A program made the position numbers and the translations under genes. The notes beneath the pieces were generated by a model that was not told the origin of the DNA, did no database searches, and saw nothing but the letters and a program-made list of their open reading frames with translations. Positions 51,516 through 64,000 of a DNA stretch of 64,000 nucleotides are shown one piece after another. Source of the stretch: Ptychomitrium polyphyllum (lineage: Eukaryota); the NCBI GenBank assembly GCA_973851085.1, contig OZ316776.1:11842001-11906000 (forward strand), in the 5' to 3' direction. Positions within the stretch are counted from its first letter, which is position 1. Each line of letters opens with the position of its first letter.

Positions 51516-54500
51516 AGGGCGATCTTGTCCTTAGGAGTTCAACTGCCGTCCTGTAAGGTCCTTGTTAGCGTTAGGATGTTGAATGCCATCTTTGTAGCTT
51601 GAAGCATGGCCAATTTATAAATAGAAGGATGGTCACTACACGCTTTGATGGCCCCGCAGCAGCTCTCGCTTTGCTGATGAAGTTTTAAACAATGTGCTTA
51701 AGAATTTCGCTCAAGTAGAGAATCAAGAAATCAAAATGTAATTCCTGCTTCTCTACTTGGGTACGTTGACTTGGTTCTTGGCTTTGAAGATCATGGGCTG
51801 TTTTGTAACCTTCAGTTGCAAGTTGCCTCGTTACAGGGAAGGTTTTCATATATTTGTTGGAATCTCCGCTGTTTTATTTTGTGTAGTTGTATAGTAACGA
51901 TGAAATGGATCGTGAGGGTTAATGCATGCTTGCAGTTGGTTCAAAATTTAGTTAGTTAAATGAGTGAGAATATGTTACATACTTGGGTATCTTCATATTT
52001 ATTAGTGGTAAATGATTCATGTTAGGGCTTTCTTCTTTGCACATGAAGATGTGATTGAAAACCTTTGAGGTGCTACAATGGTTGGTCTTGTTTTTTCCTC
52101 CAAACAATGTTCCATCTACAAATGTTGAAGGAGGATGTTGTGGAAAATGGAGATATGGAATGAGTCAATATTATGGCTAGATGGAATTCTATAGCAAATA
52201 TTTAATAATTTTTATTTATCTATTGAAGTGTGTTTTACAATTAAATTGAAAAGCTACTATAAAGAAGGTATATAATTATAGCTAATTTTAATTTTTAAAC
52301 ACCTTCAAAAAAAATACTACAAAAAAGCATTACATTTTTTTATGGTTGTTATAATCACTTGAAGGAAGATAAAAATGTATACAATTTAAAGACAATGAAG
52401 AATCTAATAAGTTGATATAACTTAATAAAGTGTGAAATAACAATACGAAATTAATATTGTAAAAGTAACAATGTTAAGTATTGCTAATGAAAGTGGCATT
52501 AGTTATAAATAAAAGAAACCATTATAATACATAGATTGCTTTGGCTTTTAAGAATTGAGGCTTTTTTGCAAATAAAAGTAAATTTGGAAGGTATTTTAAA
52601 GTATTTTAATTTAAATCGAATTCCATTGTTAAGTCTTCTTTCTTGAAGTCAAAACAAATATGAATGCTTAATTCCTTAATGTACAAGTTTAAAATAGAAA
52701 CATAACTTCAAATTTTAATATTTTTAATTAATATATTATTGTTTATACATAAATCCACTAATATGATTTATATGAAGTTTAATGAAATATGGAAATTAAT
52801 ACATTGATTTGCATGGACATGTAGGAATTAAGACTTTTATATCTATAATTGTAAATGAATCATTTAATAAGCTTTAAAAAATATTGTATGGTATTTTGAT
52901 GAAAATAAGTATTTGTCTTATATTATTTGTATATCATTAAATTTCAAATATTTTAGTTATAAACTTTATTTTGTAATAGTAAAAAAAATTAATAATTTAT
53001 TTAATTGTGTTCTTTTTAACTTTTACTTGTGTATCAAATATTTCTCACTTTTTTATATTTTCTATTTCGTTTTTTTGAGTTTATTATTATAAGAATTTGC
53101 ATTTTTATATTCAAAAGGCTTAATAAATGTTTTTTAAGATACAAAAGATTTATTAAATGTTATTTGAAGTATTTCATCATTTAATTCCTATTTATTTGAT
53201 TATTTCTTATTGTATTTATTGAAATGATGAATTTACCATCCTTTAAATAGCATATACACATATAATTCAAAGCAAACAAAGCAAAGGAAAAAAAACAAGA
53301 AAAGTTTCAAAATAATATTTTTAAAAAATAACAATAATATTACTAAAACATAGTAATGTTAAGAAATATTTCATGGTAGAGTTTATTCTAAATCCAATAA
53401 AACATCAATTTAAAAGTAATTACATTAGTATATTTAAATTTCTTAAATTCATATAAGTTAGTATATGTAAGTATTTATAAAATAAAAATTAGTTTTATAC
53501 ATTATTAAAAATCCACGTATTTAATTGGCCTAAATGCGAAATGTAAAAATTAAATCTATTCCAAATTTTAATTATAAATGCAATTATAATCTATAAGAAT
53601 AAAAAATATTAACTTTAACTTGAATAAAGATTGAACACATAAAAAATTTAGCATACATATTAAAATATTAAGACAAAACATTAATAGATGGTATAACTTT
53701 CAATCTTCTTCATTAAAAATTGACAAGCTCAAAAATATAGCAATTTGGAGTTAAACTTCATGTTTACCAAGTTTGTTAATTAAAAGATTTTGCAAACCTT
53801 TTATAAAAATAAATACATTAATTATAAACATTAATTCCATATTACCATTTGAGCACCATTTGTAAAAGATAATGATATTCTTTTGTTGAGATTTTAAAAT
53901 AATTTTGCATTGATGTTTTTATAAAGACAATCATGGACAATTAAAAAATATTTAAATAACTTATGTCTTTTGGCATGTTTTTTTGTTTTATTTTTGTCTT
54001 TTATTAATAGACCCAAATAAAAATTGGACTTGTATTTTCATATAAATACAAAAATCATTCGGAACATCGTATAAAAACTAATTTTTTTGATATTAAATCA
54101 AATAAGAATTATATAGATTTTTAAAAAAACAAGCCTAAATTAAAGAAAACTTTTCATATGTAGAAGGTAAAATTATGTAGACATTATTTTATTGCTACAA
54201 TTTAATATTTAAACATCTATATAAAAAAATAAGATGTTTAATGCTTGAGGAAAATTATTATCACTATAAGTCATTGACTTAGTTAATATTATAATAACAT
54301 TTTAAAATTAGTTGTGTTTATCTTATAATTCCATTTATTCATGATCATTATTTTCATTTCATTTCCATGTTTTATTATAGATATATATATAGCAATGTTT
54401 AAATGAACGTGAATTTATTTCTACATAAAAATTAAATTAACTTAGTTTTAAAATTATGTTTAAGAAATAATATGGTGTTGAAACAAAATGAGAATGCTAG

Positions 54501-55278
54501 TGATAAAAATGGATTTAATTCAAATAAAAAGTTAATTTTATTATAATAAAACATTCATTTAAGGTTGAATCACAATAAAACATTAAATTATAATAACTTA
54601 GCAGGTAATATTTGAAATCAAGATGCTTTTAAAAAACCTCAAAAACAAATTACATATAATAGAATTTAAATTTGATATACATTGCTAAAAGAACCTCATT
54701 TATTGTAGGAAGTTTCCATACTTAGCTTAGAAAGCAACTGCCACTAGAACTTGTGTCAAATCCAAAGGTTTGTCCAAATTTCCTTTAGATTGCACTGAAG
54801 CAAGAGCAAATGTTCAATAAAGGGGTGTATAAGAAGCAAAAGGGTATGTACATATTCCATAAGGTTTATTCCTACGCCCCATCTGATTGCCCTACACATA
54901 TCCACTAGTGCTCTTGCCTAGTTCTCTAAAGCTTGACCCAAATAGAATTTGTGTCTAGCCATGAAGGCCCCTACTTATGCGTAGTCTCTATACATGCTTT
55001 TTCTTGTACACATGTGCATCTCTCTTTTGTAAACTTTTATATTGTGATTTTCTCCATCACATTAGTGAGTATTCATTAATAAAGTTGAATTGTAAATAAA
55101 TAAATTCAATTGAATTTATTGGTTAACAAATACTTATCTACTTTATTATTTTATTATTTGGAATGGATTTCTTTTTCTCTCTATTCCATCTAATAAAACA
55201 ACTCTAATTGTATGATTTGAAGTTGATTGATGAGATGCCAAAGACACTTCATAACAAAAAAATAAATTACTTCACAAT

Positions 55279-56361
55279 TGTCGCAACCCTTGTAATGCAC
55301 TTTAATTGTTGCAACCCTTGTACTGCACCTCTTAGAACACCCAATTGATTGATAGCCAATAATTAGGTGCAAACTTCCATTCATGTTCAAGGCTTCACTT
55401 GGTGTTACTCCCATTCCACACGGCCTAACCGCACTTAGTGGTGTCTCCTCACCACCACACATAATTCCCATATGATCCTAAAATCACTCCGGGTCACCAT
55501 AGTATCGGCGTGAAGACACCACTTCAACTTAGTGATAATTAGCATACCATTTTTATCTCACTAGTTCCTTTCGTGAAACCGGTCATCCACCAACTCACAA
55601 TGGTGTGGGAGTCCCCATGGTGAAGCCCCAACACTAACTCCACCAACCAGGACTTACTCTTGGTTCCTTCTAAGACACTAGGGAAGTAGGGAGGAAGACC
55701 AGCCCTCCCTTATAGTACTCTCTGTGGGATTTGACAAGCCCCCTAGCCCTCTCTAGTTGACTGAACCCCGACACACCAAAAACTTTGAACGACCACTCGA
55801 TCTCCCTCAAAACTTAGCCGTTGGAAGTCTTTGGGACTTCTTACGGACCTTTAGGGAGCCATATCTTCCACATTTGGTCTCCGAATCTATTAAGCAATTA
55901 CTTTATTGTCATCTATTTTTTGCGTAGATGTCGATAGACTCCTCAAACGTCCAATTTGACTTAGTATTCTTGGAGATATGCCTCTCCCAAGGTTCGGGAC
56001 TCCCGAGGAGTCCCTCCCTTCATTGTTCCAGTCCAGCACAATCATAGTCTAGGGTTGCCACAGTCCAGAACAGCCCTTGGCAGCCTCAACTTTGGGGAGC
56101 CATAATTTTTAGCTTCCTTGTCTGATTTGAGCAATCTTTAGCATTCTAGAATCAACTTGTCGTGAGTCCTCCAATGCCTACAATTTCTTCTTTGTGGCCC
56201 TCAGTCTACATGGGCAAGGATATTTCTCCCCCTTGAGGTACTTCCTATGTTAGACCCACTCGATTCACCTCACTATCAGCACCACAAGTCCCAGACATCA
56301 CACAAGGGTCCCCCTTGTATGCTTAGTGTTGCGGGCATTCCTGAAGGAGAGGTGCGCGACA
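55279..56361 (-). mobile_element. LTR of the same family (copy 2, 1083 bp), no matching TSD
   Basis: TGTCGC...GCGACA termini; long shared blocks with copy 1 such as cacttggtgttactcccattccacacggcctaaccgcacttagtggtgtct; flanks ACAAT/CTTAC do not match. Confidence 0.87.
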
Positions 56362-57393
56362 CTTACCTCCATCACAATTGATTAGAAGGGAGTGTCCATT
56401 TGCCCAATCCTTTGTAAAAAAATATTTTTTAAAGACTTAATTAAAAAAAAATAGTTGTGTTAAAGATTTTGGAACCAAATTACCACCTTGATGCCTTAAA
56501 TGCAGTGCCAAAGACATTCAAGGCTTGTTCAATATACCAAACCATAAAATTGACTAAAGGTTTCATAGTAGGCCTTTTGAACATACTCTAATGGACTTTA
56601 ATAAGTAATATAATTCTTAAAAGAATTGACTCTAATTCCTGAAGTAGTCAACTTATATTTTCTTTACAAAATGTATGCTAAAAATTGTATTTAGTTTCAC
56701 CTTTTATTAAATATCTTATCACAACACTAATCATAAATCATCAAATAAGTGCCTTTAATATTAAATATTGATAGGTTCTTTTTATTAGAACAAGGCTCAT
56801 TATATATTATTTAAAAAAAAATTAGATTTATAAAATAATTCACTGTGGTAGTGAATTTCATATGATCTTAAATACAATTGTTAATATGGTATTTCATCTA
56901 TAAATTTTTAAGAACCAATTATTGTCGTAAAAAATACATATAGCTTTTCATAAATGGACAATATAATAGTCTAATTTAAAATTTATCAATGCCTCTTCTA
57001 AAACCACAACCGTTTCAATATGTCTTTAAATGTTTGTATATGTAAATATCTATTCACATCCGAAAGAAAATCACATGTACACACTTCGAAAGAGTACAAA
57101 GTATACAGCCTTCACTTCACCTTGTCGACAATGCAAGAACCACCTCGTCGACTCCCTGATGGCACTGTGTGAGAAGACGTGGTGGAAGGCAGGAGCTTGA
57201 GAATTGGGCGAGGGACTAACTTCCTTGCGCTGAGAGTGGCTTGGTGGGATTGGCGCACTGGCCACTGAGGGCAGGAGGCTGCAGGTCTAGAGCTTTTTCC
57301 TGAGCAAGGCGACCGTGATCGACCCTCCTACAGGTTCGCTCAGGGTCTGTGTCTGGGCGATGTTTATATTTTGGTTTCTTTGCTGAGGAGGCG

Positions 57394-59682
57394 ATGGCGG
57401 CGCCAGCAGCGGGGGGCGGGGCTGCAGTGGAATGGCATGTGAGACCGCCCAACGCGAAGAACCCTGTCGTGTTCTTTGATGTTACCGTTGGGAGTTTGCC
57501 TGCGGGGCGGATTAAGATGGAGCTCTTTGCTGACATCCTTCCCAAAACTGCGGAGAATTTCAGGTTCAGTGTTGCAGTTCCGGTTGTGGATCCGGGCTAT
57601 GCTTTTTTCGGGACTCGGGTGGGATTTTGGGACTTGAGTTGGAGTGCTGTGGTAATCATTTCTTAAGCTCGTTAATTTATCGAGTCGTATCTTCCAATGG
57701 TACAGCAATCGTTCAGTTGTAAGACATTGTCTTGAATTTTCTCAAGAGAATAATACTCAAGGCACCTTCTATATGGACGCTGGCGTAGTCCTTTCTTTCC
57801 CTTATTTTGCTTAAATCATCGTATATCTTCAAAGGTCCTGACACAGAGGTCTCGATCGTTAGACGAACCTGGAGGTGGTACATCGTTCCTTGTAACCGTA
57901 ATAGGAAAAATCCAGGTGATCATTGTCTTTTATTGGAAGTTCACTGTGTTTTCGAAATAGATTTTCCCTTTTGTTCGATACAGCCTGAAACGATTAAGCA
58001 AAATTTCTCTGTTTTACACGAGCGTACTTGTTGATTATACGGTAGTCGTGATGCTTATTTCTTCGCTGTTCTAAACACTACATCAGTTGGGGTTTGGGGT
58101 TTAGGGTTAACGCTGCTCTCTTCTGCTCGTGTACTCTGGTGGACACTGCAGACAATTTTGTACCGGAGAGTTCAGGTACCTACTTTTTTCAGTTTATGTT
58201 AAATTATTTATTGGTCTTCACTCATTTAGGTTTTATTACTAAGGGATGACGCGGAGGGGTTGTATTGCAGCACGTTATCTACATTGAACTACCGGTAGTT
58301 TATATCAAGCATATGGCGCCAGTTGTTTACAGTGGTGGTTTTTGCAGGAAGGGTAATAATTCAATTGGCTTCAAAACATCTACGTTCCATCGTGTTATTA
58401 AAGATTTCATGATCCAAGGGGGTGATTTTGTCAAGGGGGATGGAACCAGCATTTATGGCAGCAAATTCGACGATGAGAACTTTATTGCAAAGCACACCAG
58501 TCCAGGCCTTCTCTCTATGGTATTCTCGACTTGCCACAACTTCATTGGAATTCACCTATTTTCTTTCCTCTGTTTATGTGTCGAGATTAATGATACAGTT
58601 TATCGTTCTCGCTGCTCGACACTAAAATTATATGTACTCAATGGTTCACGGGTTTCTTCTGTCTTTTATGTTGTATTGAACAGGCCTGGATAGTTGGTAT
58701 CATCTATCAGAGGGAGATTTCTGCTTTACTTTTGTCTTGTACATACTCATATTTGTCTTATATACAAATCCAATATCTAATCAGTGTTGTCCAGATCACC
58801 TCCAATAGAAGGTTTTTTGGCTTCTGAGAATAGCCCTCCTGCTGATGGGGTAGATTCGTATACTGACTCCTGCATGGGTAGCAAGCCTAGCAAGTCTTCT
58901 TCTGCATTTCGTCTATGATTTTCACTGAAAGGGGTCAAAGCATTCAGGTTATGGGAGCCCTAGTTGGCAACGAAGTATTTATATCCTCTTTTGTTGTGTG
59001 TATGCAGGCAAATAGTGGACCAAACACAAATGGGTGCCAGGTACTCAACTTTGAACCGGTTTCTTCGTACATCTTTTTGAATTCGGTATTTGAAATTCGG
59101 ATATCCCAGCTGTTTGTTGGATATTTTGAAAATCTGCTCATCATTGGTAATAATAGTGTTAAGAACTCTAGCGAATGGTTTGTAGCGTTCGTTCTTTAAC
59201 TGGGTTGGCGTAATGTGCAGTTCTTCATTACTTGTGCCAAGTGCGACTGGTTAGACAACAAGCATGTCGTTTTTGGGGTAGGCTCGTTGATCGTCCATTT
59301 TATTTGTATTCTGAGCTTGTGTATCTGGTAAATTGAGGGATTGTAAAAAATGTTTCTTTCAAAACTTTGTATTCGTAAATTCTTTACTACAGAGCGTACA
59401 TTCTTTCGATCAGATAATCGCGGAACTTCAATCACGTGTATGCATGCATTGTTTGGTCTGTATGCAGTACACAGTTGATCTTAAGTTAGTACTTCAATAT
59501 CTTTCTGAATCTTTCTTCTTAAGTTGAGTTGCTTGTATTCACATTGTGTCTTGTTGGGTGACTTGTACCAGCGCGTGCTTGGAGAAGGTTTGCTGGTCGT
59601 AAGAAAACTTGAGAATGTGCAAACAGGGCAAAACAACCGCCCTAAGCTTGCATGTACGATTGCCGAGTGTGGCGAAATGTGA
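57394..59682 (+). CDS. PPIH: Cyclophilin H-type peptidyl-prolyl isomerase (U4/U6 snRNP-associated, CYP22-like), ~188 aa
   Basis: Exons 57394-57563, 58152-58175, 58348-58519, 59008-59040, 59221-59277, 59572-59682. Motifs [83 protein letters not shown]. Confidence 0.93.
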
Positions 59683-60728
59683 GCTGTTACTTTGATTTTT
59701 AAAGGGGCACAATTTTGGTTTAACTACATAAGTCAAATTGAATGGGATATATGAAAGTGGCTAACTTTTAAATGGCCAAGTCTCACGTGTAGACTTTGAG
59801 CTTGCTATGTTTGGAAAACTACCGGTAGTGAGTGACTTAATATTCATTAAAGGACCTGCTGCTTTTGTCAACATTCAACTGACTTCAGATATTTGTTCTG
59901 CTATTCATGAATTGGCATTAACCGTTTCTGAATCTTTCCGCATCATGGAACACGCTCAGTGTAGAATCAATCACAAGTAGATAAGTGATTGTTGACATAC
60001 CTTTTAAAGACTACGATGTGATGAATTACTTGATCAAGCTTGAATTGTACAAACCTGGAATTCTTCTATATCTCCGTTTCTCAAAATTATAATTTTTATT
60101 TGGCACAATGTACTGACACTGCAGGAAATGTAGTACAATATTGCTCAAAGGCAAGAGTCAGCCACACATCTAAGGATCCTCCTTCAAGAAACCAGAAGGC
60201 TGTTCATGGTAAGGATATCATTGTTGTTCCTTGTGAAGAAATACACATAGGAGTAGGGAAGCGAGGATGAATGAGCTACCTAGGCTAGGGATCAAGATTG
60301 ACACAAGGCTTACATGACATTCACCTATATAAAGCATGATTATCCATGCAGACAAGATCAATATCCAGGGAGTGATCTCCAAAGCACGAAATAAAGAAGG
60401 CTCGAAAATTTCTTTATACAAGTTACAACTGCCAGCTTCTTTTATGCAATACATCTAGTGAAATGAATAGTAATACTCACACAAGCTACACTCAGCAGTC
60501 AACCGCTACTAGTTTTGAAAGTAACTGCTGGCAGAGCTGTTTGAAACTTATCAGAACACGAACCTGGAATTACAGGTCCATCTATTCTAAGATAAGAACA
60601 AAAAATGACGGTGTCATAACTGTTCTTATAAAAGAACTGGGCATGAGACATTCTCATCTGGCCGAAATGAAGCATGAACGCAAAAGATGCAATGTAGCAG
60701 ATAATGCTCCAAAGCAGCGACAAGAAGC

Positions 60729-63657
60729 TCAATCAACCTTCTTGGAAGGTGCGGCAGCTCCAAACATTGTTGGTAACCAGTCCGACAGATTCCTATCAAC
60801 AATACAGTACAATAACTTCAGATTTTGAGCTTGAAAAAAGAATTGAGGCAACAATTAAATGTGAACAGATGTTCTAGCTGAGGTCCTGATGTTCTAGCAA
60901 AACGAGCAAACATTATTTTAATACAAAGAGCTCCTGATCATCTTCAAACCGAATTAGAGGAACCACAACTTCGTTCCCTCAAAAGTAAAATAAATCCAAG
61001 GGACAAAGTAGCAGGAGTTGTAAACCATACTCATACTGACCTGTACAACCTTCAAAAACAGGGCAACATACACAATTGAATTAGACTCTCACCAGGAACC
61101 ATCAGCCAGCGGACGACTCCTTGTATTGTGAACGCGTGGAGGCAGACTGTCCTCTTCAGCTAATCGGCCAACAGATCGGAACCCCTTACGCTTCTCTGGC
61201 TGCTTTTCGGAAGCACCGCAGTTTGAATCTCCCTCATCGTCGGACAGACCGCGTGACCCTGACTGACGTTGGAGATGTGCTCTAGAGGAATAGGGTGGTA
61301 AAGACGGATATAATCTCTGGCCAGGACGATCACCTTGCGGATGAGCCCCTGCGCCTGCAGTTCTGGCCGGAGGAGGTGGAGGATATGATTGGGGAGCTCC
61401 CTACATAGATGAACGACATTATGAATTTAAATAACTCCTAAATTTTAGTGTCATTTAGTCTAAACTTTCAGGAAGGTTTGTCATTTCCCTTGCATTCTGG
61501 AACCACCACTGCATGAATCCTGCTAGAAATAGCGTGCAAATACAGGTTTCCAGTATCATATGCAAATTGCGCAGTTCGAATGTATTTACCATCCACGAGA
61601 ATAGACACTGCAAGTCCAGGTCAAGCTCTCCGATGACGATATCATCGCCAGGATTATCATGTCAAATTCTGGTACAGCAGCTAATGAAACTAAAAGAGCT
61701 AACATTAACAGCAAAGTCCTATTGCATACTTTGGGATTAAAAGAGAGGGGGGGAGTGTGGGGACGGGACGGGCACCTAAGACATCAGAAACCATACTCTA
61801 CGCCATGAAAGAAATGTACCAAACAGACGATGCAAAGGTGCGAGGTAAAAAGCGCACCTGTGTAACTTGACCCCGAGGAGGCCCCTGGTTAGAAGATCGA
61901 GGTGGAGCCCCAGGGACACTTTGAGTAGGATCTGAGGCTTGCTGGGCTCGATTGGACTGCGATGCAAGGAGTTGAAGCAGATCATAAAATCGGGCCTGAG
62001 CATACCCTGACCCTCTTCGCCACCAGAGAAGGGCTATGTCACCAGCTCTAGTACTTAGTTCATTAAGGTTCTGATCAATTTCTGATTCATGTTTGGCAAC
62101 AAGTGGTCTCAAAATTGCGTGATATACATAGGTTGTTCCCTGCAATACAACATTTCAGATCTAAGTGAGATCACCATATTCACCATTTACTTTTCACCTA
62201 TCGTCAATGTACTACATCCTGCTGGACCAGGTCTGGTCATGAAGAACAAATCCAGGCTCCCATGGAAACAAGTCGTGACGTTAAAATGTCTTGGTCATAC
62301 AAACCCATCGGTTGAGTACGTACTAACAAGCATGCATCGGGTACAACGGGGCGTACCATAGTTTTGGGATACCAAAGATAGATGATGAAGGCTAGTTTTG
62401 CCTCACTGTACATAGGCACCCTGGAAAAATGGACGAGGGCCCACCAATGAAAAGTTAACTCAAAGTGAGACCATCGTCATAAGCTGCTACTGTTATTAAT
62501 AATACCACTCACGATGTAACCTTAATTTCAATTCACATAATTGCAGAAAACAGCAAAACGATGTCTTGATTTCTTTACTAGTTGTAGGAGACTGCTTCCC
62601 AACAAATCTCACTTAGCAATGAATACGACTCCAGACGACCTATAATACTCATCCAACGTCAAGAGTGCAACACATACATTATCTACTCAAGTGTCCGTGA
62701 CTCGTGCAGAATAACAAACATATGGAGTACAGCAAAAATGCTCGTTAACTCGGTAATGATTTACATCAGCTAAAATAACATCTGAGTTCGAAGTAATAGA
62801 AGCTCTATCAACAAAATTTTGTAAATCTTCTTGTAAAATACTAGAAGTACAGGTGAAGACAGTAGAGACGTACCAGGAAATAAAAACATCTCCCAGTCTT
62901 TCAAAAACAGTCATCACTGCAAGTATCATCCTGCATTGAGTTGCGAAACCTCAGAATCAGATACGTTTAGGTGTCAGATAAAATACATTAATCGTGCAGC
63001 ACCAGATCAGTCTCGTCACAATACAACCGGTTGGACAATTCGATGAAACTGATAAGTATCATTTGGTATCCAACTACATATCCTGCATTGTCCTCACAGC
63101 TGATCAAGAAAGAACTGCAAGTCCATTACCACAGGTTATATTATATTTAAGCCTTGCCTAAAGCTGCTCGCGATGTAAGACAAGAGCACGCAGCTCGGAT
63201 AATTAAACAAGCTGATACCACAAGCACAAAAACCAACTCAGAGAGAAAATACTTACCAGTATTGGCACCAGAATCGCAGGTGCTCTAAGTCTGGATGTCT
63301 CATCTCCACTATCTTATAACATTCATAGGCTGGATAAACGTATCCAAGTGCCACGCTGCATTAATGCCAATCGCGTCACAACCAAGATCATCGACCACAC
63401 ATTTTGCTAAGACTTCGCAACAACAATTTTAGCATCCAGAATTCTCAAACTTCACAACTTCTCAGTCCCCATATGATGAGTCACTGCCTTCTCATTCACC
63501 TCATACCTTAGATTTGAAACCTCCTACGTATGTCCCACCAAGCATCTTCCAAAAGGATATCACCCAACCACGCGTACTCAATATTTCCACGAGTAAGAAA
63601 GCAAGAAAAAGAAGAAGTCCCTTACATGATTCCCCTTGTAATGAAGGATCCTACCAT
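60729..63657 (-). CDS. HVA22/REEP (TB2/DP1) family protein, HVA22i-like, ~301 aa
   Basis: Exons 63657-63626, 63355-63257, 62930-62874, 62420-62357, 62139-61858, 61400-61093, 60792-60729. Motifs [54 protein letters not shown]. Confidence 0.92.
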
Positions 63658-64000
63658 CTTGAACGCCTCACTCCACTTTACTCTATCTTGAATTTATATT
63701 CAGAGCCAGATTCATACAGCCTCAATCCTTCACACAACTTCTCCTGAGGGTAGCTGATATGTAAACTGCAAAACTATCATCACAAATCCCTTATATCGCA
63801 TCGCCTTCTGCCCTTCCTATCAAGAGCATCCCCAGCGTAGGCTGTTTGGGAACACAACGTCAAATTCGAGACCACTCTTCTCCAACCGCTTCAGAAAAGC
63901 GCCCCAGAACCATCCATTCCCAAAACTTCAAAGATTCCGCACCATGCACCACCAGCCTTGGAAAGCTTCACCCCCAACCTATCAATCCCAAACATCCACT

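Noticed and set aside
42257..56361. One large LTR element or composite transposon that captured DDX42
   Set aside because: Outer flanks AAACT and CTTAC are not a TSD, copy 1 has its own TSD, the LTRs are clearly diverged, and the gene keeps its introns
14489..59682. Functional gene cluster (PRT1 with TRPC4AP as degron ligases; DDX42 with PPIH as splicing factors)
   Set aside because: Genes are separated by unrelated genes or repeats and show no shared regulatory signature; chance adjacency is sufficient

Overview
Eukaryotic land-plant nuclear DNA with GT-AG spliced genes in moderately GC-rich islands separated by very AT-rich spacers. Gene content and repeat style suggest a moss of the Physcomitrium type (inference). 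Eight protein-coding loci were reconstructed by hand from the ORF track and splice sites: (1) a Q/N/P-rich protein ending in an AT-hook-like motif and a highly divergent Dof-like zinc finger; (2) a 5-exon cyanobacterial-type GT2 glycosyltransferase with an N-terminal extension; (3) a ~13-exon TRPC4AP/TRUSS homologue; (4) an AT-rich, possibly damaged plant C2H2/coiled-coil protein gene; (5) PRT1, the N-degron E3 ligase, with an intronless CDS behind a long spliced leader; (6) DDX42/RH24 DEAD-box helicase; (7) cyclophilin H (PPIH/CYP22) with a 3-residue deletion in a conserved loop; (8) an HVA22/REEP-like protein. Two ~1.1 kb related LTRs in the same orientation flank the helicase gene. There is also a 131-bp hairpin downstream of the GT2 gene, several tandem arrays at promoter/spacer borders, and a possible decayed hAT-like transposon. 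No rRNA, tRNA or CRISPR array was seen. Family assignments come from remembered motifs; no database search was run.
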